From Gemmatimonas sp. (GTDB lineage Bacteria > Gemmatimonadota > Gemmatimonadetes > Gemmatimonadales > Gemmatimonadaceae): a stretch of 64,000 nt of DNA. This document shows positions 57,697 through 64,000 of the stretch, in pieces. Position numbers and translations under genes: made by a program. Under the pieces are notes generated by a model that was given only the letters and a program-made list of their open reading frames with translations, was not told the DNA's origin and did no database searches. Position 1 is the first letter of the stretch; each line of letters begins with the position of its first letter. The stretch lies in the NCBI GenBank assembly GCA_031414535.1, contig JANNVQ010000040.1, forward strand, positions 69,927 through 133,926, written 5' to 3'.

Positions 57697-60458
57697 CGTA
57701 GCCTCATCGGCGAGACAGACAGGTCGCCGATTGCCTTCTGGCCGCGGCGGATCGCGTCGTACATCACCTGCTCGAACTGCAGCGAGAGCGAAGACAGCAC
57801 CGCACCCGCGATTGCGCCCTCGTCACCGCTGGTCTCGCGATCGAGGTTGAGCACGATGTTCCCGGAAAACTCGAAGCGCATGCCCTCGATGATGAGCGGT
57901 CCAGCGCCCGCACCCGCCGCCGCCCGCGCCGCCGCCGTGCTCGGCAACGCCGGCACCGGCAGCGGCGAGCGGACGATCGCGTTGAGATCCGCGAGGATGT
58001 CGATCATCCGCGAGCGCTGGCCCTCGGCGACGGTGGCACTCGCGTACAGACCCCGCAGATAGTCCGCCATGCGCTCGCCCGCCGCCTCAGTGAGGCCACG
58101 GAAGCCCGAGATGCCGCCGACGCTTGAGCCGGCCCCGGGCACGTTCGCCTCAATGTCCCCGAGGCCAGAAAGGATCTGGTTGATGGCCTGCAGGATCTGA
58201 TCGCGCGTCAACGCGCCCATCTGGTCGGCTGTGAGCGCATCCCCGCCGGCCTGCATCGTCTCGAGGATGGCGATGACCTGCTTCCGCAACGCATCGCGGC
58301 CGGCCGCCGATGACAAGTCCGCGTTGCCCAGCAGCTGCTGCAGGATGGGCGACATCGACGTGGCCGGGCTCAGCTGTGCCGTCAGGCGCGCGATGGGATC
58401 CGTGATCTGCTTCGCGTCGATGAGCACGTCGTTGACGGCTGTCCGGTCCTCGAGGCTGTCGCCGAACTCGCCGAGCTTGCCCTCGACAGCCTCGATGGCG
58501 CGACCCAGCGCGAGGAAGCTGCCAAGCGTGCCGTCGAGCGTGATGCCGAGTTCCGCGGCGACCTTGCGCAGGAGCGTGAGGTCGAACTCTTCGCCGATGC
58601 CGGCGAGATTCAGCTTGAGTAGAGGGTTTTCGCGCGCGCTCGAAGGCAGGGCGCGAACCAGCGCGGCCACTTCCGCGCCGGCCGACAGCAGATCAGAACC
58701 ACCGACATTGACACCGGTGGACCCGACGCGCTCAGTGAGATCCTTAATGGCCAGCGTGTTCTCGCGCTGAAGCCGCTTCCGCTCCTGCTCCGCTGGCGAG
58801 TCACCGAAAATCGAAGCGCCGATGGTGGTCAGCGCACCAAGAATCGGCAGCGCGGCCGCGGCGACACCCGCCGCCGCGGCCGCCGTCGTCACGACGGTGC
58901 CGCTCGCGTTGGTGAACTTGCCCCCCCCAGCCCGCGCACTCCGCAAGTCGTCGAGACTCTCGCCCAGTCCCGGAATGTTGGCCGCGATCTGCACGATGCC
59001 GCGCAGCGTGTCGAACACCTCGCTGCGCACGCCACCCCAGGCACTCATCAACTGCAGCACGCCGTCGATGGACTGACCGACAGCCAGCGCCTGGCTCCGG
59101 AGCTCCTTGGTCTCCTGCTGCCGTTCACGCACGCTCGACGCGATGCGGCGCTCAATCTCCGTCTGGAGCTTGGCCACCTCGGCCGCCGCGGCCTGTTGCT
59201 CGCGGTCGCTCCGCTTGCGGTCGTTCGCGATGGCCTGCAGGCGATCGCGCCGTTCCTCGAGCGCGGCGATCGCGCCTTCCTCCGGTCCACTGCGATCGCG
59301 GCTGCCGGACGCGAGGATGCGCTCCTTGAGGTCGCCACCCGCCAGCTTGTCGAGCAACGCCGACGAGTCCCGCATCGCGGCGTTGAGCTCCAGCGCCTGG
59401 TCGCGCAGGTTCTCAAGGAACGGCACCGTGACGCCGCCATGCTCGCGCGCGTGCTTGACCATCTCGTCGAACGCCCGCCGCACATCCTCGTCGGTGCCCT
59501 GCAGGCCGTCGCGGATCGCTGTACGCAACCGCTCGTGCATCGCGTTCTGAGCGGCGATGAACTGCTCCTCGCGCTGCAGACGCGCGCGCATCGAGGCCTC
59601 CTGCTCCCTGTCGCGCTCGCGCTCCCTCTCCGCGTCGAGGCGCTCTTGCGCGCGCAGCGCGTCGGGCGCCGCCTTGGTCGCGGCCTCTCGCTGCAGGCCG
59701 GTTTGGTTCCGCTCAGCCTCGGCTGCCGCATTGGCGATAAGCTCTGCGGTGTTCCGCTTGTACTCATCGGACAGCGTGCCGAGTGCCTTGCGGACGGCCT
59801 CGAGCTCCGCCACGCGGGCGCGGCTTCGCACGTAGTCCGGCGCCTGCGATGACGCGGCGCGCATCTCCGCGAGCAAACGCGCCTCATCCTGCTGCAGGCG
59901 ATTCAGTCCGCGCTCCCGAAAGAGATTCGCGCGGTCGTCGTCGGGCCGGCGCATGATCTCCGACGTCGACAAGACCGCATCGTCCGAGCGCCGTCCCGTC
60001 GCCAGCCGATTGACCGCGCGCGCCTGGCCGGTCGCGTCCATCGCGTCGAACGCATCCGCCGCATCGCGCGCTTGATCGATCGTCTCCTGCATCTCGCGCC
60101 GCGTCCGCGTGAACATCGCGACGATGGCCAACGTCGAGATGCCCACCGCGCCCACGACGGCGCCGGTCGGCCCGAGCGCGAACGCCATGTTGGACGCCTG
60201 CGCGATGACCTGCTTCGCGGCCTCGGCGCTCACGGTGCCCTGGCGGGCGATCGTCTCGGTGGCCATCGCGATGCCGCGGGCCGCGTTCGCCTGCTTGTTC
60301 GCGACCGCGTCCGACGCCGCCGCGGCCGTCGAGGACGTCTTGGTCGACTGCTGCTCGAAGCCCTTGAGCCCCGTCTCGCCTTCCCGCAGGGCGCGCCGGA
60401 GCTTCTCCACGCTGCCGTCAATCTCGACCATCAAGGTCTTGACGAGCTGCTGGTTCAC
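57693..60458 (-). CDS. Tail tape measure protein (921 aa)
   Basis: N-terminal LMVEIDGS..LRRAL, Ala-rich helical, hydrophobic patches; canonical position. Confidence 0.85.
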   Translation of the reverse strand: MNQQLVKTLMVEIDGSVEKLRRALREGETGLKGFEQQSTKTSSTAAAASDAVANKQANAARGIAMATETIARQGTVSAEAAKQVIAQASNMAFALGPTGAVVGAVGISTLAIVAMFTRTRREMQETIDQARDAADAFDAMDATGQARAVNRLATGRRSDDAVLSTSEIMRRPDDDRANLFRERGLNRLQQDEARLLAEMRAASSQAPDYVRSRARVAELEAVRKALGTLSDEYKRNTAELIANAAAEAERNQTGLQREAATKAAPDALRAQERLDAERERERDREQEASMRARLQREEQFIAAQNAMHERLRTAIRDGLQGTDEDVRRAFDEMVKHAREHGGVTVPFLENLRDQALELNAAMRDSSALLDKLAGGDLKERILASGSRDRSGPEEGAIAALEERRDRLQAIANDRKRSDREQQAAAAEVAKLQTEIERRIASSVRERQQETKELRSQALAVGQSIDGVLQLMSAWGGVRSEVFDTLRGIVQIAANIPGLGESLDDLRSARAGGGKFTNASGTVVTTAAAAAGVAAAALPILGALTTIGASIFGDSPAEQERKRLQRENTLAIKDLTERVGSTGVNVGGSDLLSAGAEVAALVRALPSSARENPLLKLNLAGIGEEFDLTLLRKVAAELGITLDGTLGSFLALGRAIEAVEGKLGEFGDSLEDRTAVNDVLIDAKQITDPIARLTAQLSPATSMSPILQQLLGNADLSSAAGRDALRKQVIAILETMQAGGDALTADQMGALTRDQILQAINQILSGLGDIEANVPGAGSSVGGISGFRGLTEAAGERMADYLRGLYASATVAEGQRSRMIDILADLNAIVRSPLPVPALPSTAAARAAAGAGAGPLIIEGMRFEFSGNIVLNLDRETSGDEGAIAGAVLSSLSLQFEQVMYDAIRRGQKAIGDLSVSPMRLR

Positions 60459-61306
60459 GCGCTGGCCTCCGGGCGGGCCGCGGCCTGCGCCTCGCGCAGG
60501 GCCTGCGCATGTGCGAGCGCGCCGGCGAACAGGCTGCGCAGCGAGACGTTGCACATGAGCTCGCGCGGCTTCTCGCCGATCTCGTTGGCGTAGCTGCCGA
60601 CGAAGCCCGCGAGCGGCAACCGCGTCTTCACGCCGTCGCCGTCGCTCGGGAACGCCGCGGCGAGGAACTCGATGTCCTCCCGGTTCACCTGGAGATGCGC
60701 CCGCACGATCGCTTCGAGATCCGCGCCCGTGAGCGTGCGCGTCCACGCGGGCGGCTGCGGATCCGTCTCCTGCTCATCGAACGGCAGGCCGGGCCCCGGC
60801 GTCGCGAGGATCCACGCGTACAGCTGCACGGCCTGCATGTTGAGCATCGTGGCCAGCACCTTGGTCTCGATCACGTCCGCGAAGTGCAGCTCGCCGGCGA
60901 GCACCGCGACGCCGAGCTGCGCGAGATCCTCGCCTGCGCGCCGGAGCGTCGCGTCCAGCACATCGAGCTCGCCGAGCGCGTGCAGGCTCTTCGCGTGGAT
61001 CGCGATGTGGTCGCCGCCACTCAGCGTGAGCTGCACCGGCACGTCCGCGAGGGCCTCGTGCATCACGCGCCCGAGGGCGCGCTCGGCCTTCGTCGGCGTC
61101 GTCCCCTTCTGCTCCGCGACCCAGATGAGAAAACTGAGCCAGGCGTTCGCGTCGGCCTCATCGGCCGGGCGCTGCGCGTCCAGCTCCTGTTCCGTCGCGC
61201 GCCGCAACGCCACAACCTCTCGGCACAGCAACTCCGTCGCGTTCCGGAGCTGCGGCACCGAGAGGCCGGGCGTCGGCCCGTGTGCGGGGGTTTCCCCCGG
61301 CGCCAC
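60455..61306 (-). CDS. Probable tail assembly chaperone
   Basis: Between major tail and tape measure genes; start uncertain. Confidence 0.55.
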   Translation of the reverse strand: MAPGETPAHGPTPGLSVPQLRNATELLCREVVALRRATEQELDAQRPADEADANAWLSFLIWVAEQKGTTPTKAERALGRVMHEALADVPVQLTLSGGDHIAIHAKSLHALGELDVLDATLRRAGEDLAQLGVAVLAGELHFADVIETKVLATMLNMQAVQLYAWILATPGPGLPFDEQETDPQPPAWTRTLTGADLEAIVRAHLQVNREDIEFLAAAFPSDGDGVKTRLPLAGFVGSYANEIGEKPRELMCNVSLRSLFAGALAHAQALREAQAAARPEASA

Positions 61307-61314
61307 GGTCCTGC

Positions 61315-62763
61315 TTACCACATCAGCTGCGTCTGCAGCTGGCAGCGGAAGGTGAGCGGCACGGCGGGCAGGTCGTTCTTGCCCATCATGAGTTCCAACG
61401 TCTCGAGGCCGTTGAAGACGGTCGAGCCGATGATCTGCACCGTCCGGGTGTCGCGGCGCTGCCCGATCACGAAGAAGCCCACCGGCGCATCCGTGCCGGC
61501 CAGGTCCGACTCGGTCAGCACCGACCCGCTGATCACCCCGGAGGGCAAGCCGCCCTGGAGCCGGAGGTTGGTGAGCGTCATGCCCGTGGGCTGGAACGCC
61601 ATCGCGAAGCGCGCACTACCCGCCATGTGTCCCGCGCGCACGCGGGCGTTGTCGAACTTGATCTCGCGCACCGCCCCGCCGGTGCGGAACTCCGTGGTGT
61701 TCTGCTTCAGGCCCTCGAACGTGAAGACCTCGAGCTCCACGACGGTGGAGCCCGACGGGAACGCGAACGCCGCGCGCGTGCGCACGGTCATGTTCAGCGT
61801 CGCCAGCGAATGCGCGAGCACGACCTGCTGCTTGCCGCCGCCGGTGACGAGGTAGTACTTGCCGGCCGCGACGCCGGTGGCCGCCGCGAGCGCGAAGACG
61901 TTGGCGCCCTTGGCCGTGGCGCCCGTCAGCGTGGTGCTGAGGCCGCCGGAGAGCACGCGGAAGTAGCCGGCGGAGAGCATTGCCTCGATGCGCGCGCCGT
62001 CGCGGACCTGCTGGGTGAAGCCCGTGGTGAACGCCGGCGCCGACTCGAGCTGGCGGCCATGGTTCGCGGCATTGAAGCGGCCGGCGAGCGTGCTCTCGCG
62101 GCCCTGCCCGAACACGATGTTCAACCCGGTGTAGTCCGCCGCGCAGCAGTCGAACTGGTGCTGCAGGAAGGTGCCATCCTTCTTCCGCTGCGTCAGCACG
62201 ATGAAGGTGTCCTCGGACGCGAGGTCCTCACCATCCGTGTGGATCTGCGTGGGATCCGCCGCGGTGCCGGCCCCGAGCACGCTGGAGAGCGGCATGCCCG
62301 CCAGCAGCGCGTAGTGGAACGGGCTGTACCCTTGCAGGTCGAACTCGGCGCGCTTGTTCAGGTGCCCCATGCGCACGCCATCGGCATTGCGCAGGGTGTC
62401 CGACTCGTTGTCGGACGTGTCCGCGCTGTCGGCGCGGCGCACGTTGATGGCGTTGCCGAGATCCCAGGCCTCGAGCTCCCGGACGGCCTCGGTCGTCACG
62501 TGCGCGCGCTTGAGGCCGGGCGCGATGACGGTGATGACGTTGCCGGAGGGTGCGCCCGTCTGCACGACCAGCTCGGCATCCTCTTCGGACCCGACCGAGA
62601 AGGCGTCGAGGCTGTCGGCGCCGACGACGGACGTGAGCGTGAGCGCGGTGGCGCCGGCGGCGGCGTTGGCATTGAGCGTCGTGGCGAGCCCGCCCGACTT
62701 GGGGCGGAGCGCGATCACGCTGGCGACCAGGTCGCCGATCTTGGAGCGGTAGGGCGTCAGCAT
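61315..62763 (-). CDS. Major tail (tube) protein with internal duplication
   Basis: Position; two homologous halves each with SGGL(A/S)TTL...V(R/V)ELE. Confidence 0.7.
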   Translation of the reverse strand: MLTPYRSKIGDLVASVIALRPKSGGLATTLNANAAAGATALTLTSVVGADSLDAFSVGSEEDAELVVQTGAPSGNVITVIAPGLKRAHVTTEAVRELEAWDLGNAINVRRADSADTSDNESDTLRNADGVRMGHLNKRAEFDLQGYSPFHYALLAGMPLSSVLGAGTAADPTQIHTDGEDLASEDTFIVLTQRKKDGTFLQHQFDCCAADYTGLNIVFGQGRESTLAGRFNAANHGRQLESAPAFTTGFTQQVRDGARIEAMLSAGYFRVLSGGLSTTLTGATAKGANVFALAAATGVAAGKYYLVTGGGKQQVVLAHSLATLNMTVRTRAAFAFPSGSTVVELEVFTFEGLKQNTTEFRTGGAVREIKFDNARVRAGHMAGSARFAMAFQPTGMTLTNLRLQGGLPSGVISGSVLTESDLAGTDAPVGFFVIGQRRDTRTVQIIGSTVFNGLETLELMMGKNDLPAVPLTFRCQLQTQLMW

Positions 62764-62766
62764 CGG

Positions 62767-63015
62767 TTAGTCCTCGAGGGGGTCAAGAGTGGCGCCGGTC
62801 GCGTCGGCTGGCGCAGGGGCCGTCGGCTCGAGCACGTCGAGCAGCTCCGCGACGCCGGCATCGACGAGCGCCTCGGCGCGCGTGAGCGACACCGTCCACT
62901 CCGTGCCCGCGGCGTAAACGGTGCGATCGGTGGCGGACGGCCCGACCGATGCAAGAAAGCGCACACGGGCATTGGCCTCGGGTGCGGGGGATGGAGTCTG
63001 CAGCGACTGCGTCAT
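62767..63015 (-). CDS. Small phage structural-region protein
   Basis: AGGAG RBS; RVRFL...AEALVDAGVAE. Confidence 0.7.
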   Translation of the reverse strand: MTQSLQTPSPAPEANARVRFLASVGPSATDRTVYAAGTEWTVSLTRAEALVDAGVAELLDVLEPTAPAPADATGATLDPLED

Positions 63016-63049
63016 GACGGCTCCTGCGGAGAGAAAGGGTCGGGGGTGC

Positions 63050-63628
63050 TTACGAGAGTGGCGTGATGCCTTCGGCCCAGCGATCGGTGACGTTCAGGTC
63101 CAGCAGGACCGCGCCAAGCACGAGATCGGTCGCGTCCTCGCCGCTGACCATCGGAATGCTGGGCACGACGCGGATGGCGCCGAGGACACCGGTGACGTGC
63201 ACCTCGCGCAAGTCGCGGAGGTCGGAGTTCTTCTCCTCGATCCAGATGCCGACCGAGCGCCGCACGACGCGCAGCAGCGCCGACAGCCGCCGGTTCTCGA
63301 CGTGCACGGCACGGTTAGTCTCGCGCGGATAGAGGACGAGGACGGCGACGCCGCAGCGGCCATCCTCGGCCATCACGTCGGGATTGCCTGGCGGGGCGAA
63401 CTCGCCGACGTCATCGGCGCGGCGCACGAGCACCAGCGGGCCGGTCTTGTACGCGCTCGCCGGGATTTTGCCGCCGGCGAGGTAGGGGACCTCGAACTCC
63501 GACACGACCGTGACCGCCTCGAGCGGCGGATCCTCGGGCGCGAGCGGCACCGAGCCCAGGAGGGCGTCGATGCCATCGGCGCCGTCGCGCAGGTGCGTGG
63601 TGAGGAGTTCGCAGACTTCGTAGATCAT
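63050..63628 (-). CDS. Probable tail terminator/completion protein
   Basis: Position upstream of major tail; ATGA overlap with previous gene. Confidence 0.55.
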   Translation of the reverse strand: MIYEVCELLTTHLRDGADGIDALLGSVPLAPEDPPLEAVTVVSEFEVPYLAGGKIPASAYKTGPLVLVRRADDVGEFAPPGNPDVMAEDGRCGVAVLVLYPRETNRAVHVENRRLSALLRVVRRSVGIWIEEKNSDLRDLREVHVTGVLGAIRVVPSIPMVSGEDATDLVLGAVLLDLNVTDRWAEGITPLS

Positions 63629-63945
63629 CGGCCGCCTCCGAGCGGGCACGCGAGAATGAGCCCGTCATCGACGGGATCAATCGAGGCGATGCGATAGGCG
63701 GTGCCTCCTGCGGCCGTGGCGGCGCCGAGCGCGCCCACTATCACCGAGACGTTCTCGGTGAGGCCTGGGAGACTGTCCCTGCGGAGATACAGCACGGTGC
63801 CGATGCGTTGCACATCGGTCCCGGCGAGCGGAATCATGCCGCCCGCGCTGTCGAGGAAGCCACGCGTGGACGCGTCGCCGAGGGTGACGGGCACGGTGGC
63901 CATCACCTCGGCGAACGCGGACACGAGATCCGACGACAGACTCAC
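63625..63945 (-). CDS. Head-tail joining protein (lambda FII-like)
   Basis: RGFLD..., YRIASIDPVDDGL beta-barrel pattern, ~106 aa. Confidence 0.65.
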   Translation of the reverse strand: MSLSSDLVSAFAEVMATVPVTLGDASTRGFLDSAGGMIPLAGTDVQRIGTVLYLRRDSLPGLTENVSVIVGALGAATAAGGTAYRIASIDPVDDGLILACPLGGGR

Positions 63946-64000
63946 TTACGAGCCCTGCTTCTCCGATGCGGTCGCGGCCGCATCGAACTGCGTGTTGAGC
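63946..64000 (-). CDS. 3' end of a phage gene truncated by the window edge
   Basis: ...LNTQFDAAATASEKQGS-TAA abutting the next GTG. Confidence 0.45.
   Translation of the reverse strand, partial: LNTQFDAAATASEKQGS

Larger units (their letters stand above)
35014..64000 (-). mobile_element. Siphovirus-like prophage (left part) integrated at tRNA-Asn
   Basis: Integrase next to tRNA 3' end, immunity switch, endolysin/holins, tape measure, Dit, major tail, head-tail joining; continues past window end. Confidence 0.93.

Noticed and set aside
61284..61300. GGGAAAC slippery-like heptamer near the tail chaperone start
   Set aside because: Wrong frame and at the extreme 5' end; better explained as a GC hairpin after the major tail gene

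Overview
High-GC bacterial chromosome segment; the gene content suggests Gemmatimonadota (an inference, not a database result). Bases 1-35.0 kb are host core genes: a fasciclin/SigK-like ECF sigma/RskA module, CHRD protein, lepA, a DUF579-GT4-ROK-PfkB-HATPase/STAS operon, ftsEX-envC, a ZnuD-like TonB receptor preceded by a CxxC/RAPP upstream ORF, maeB-pckA, Fic, HD hydrolase, PP2C/FHA/Ser-Thr kinase, an ABC exporter, uvrA and tRNA-Asn(GTT). From about 35.0 kb to the window end is a siphovirus-like prophage integrated at tRNA-Asn. It carries a tyrosine integrase, a leftward early operon, an RHH/HTH switch, a cargo island (DEDDh exonuclease, TcmP + DUF5131, DUF4760-like, candidate sRNA), lysis genes and a tail module; head and replication genes and the far att site are not in the window. 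Best leads: (1) the RAPP-arrest uORF with an RNA structure that pairs over the TonB receptor start codon; (2) the prophage cargo island; (3) an integrase whose first catalytic Arg is replaced by Glu; (4) a plant-like DUF579 methyltransferase in a bacterial sugar operon; (5) an internally duplicated major tail protein and an atypical spanin-like protein. All family calls come from motif recognition by eye; no searches were run.
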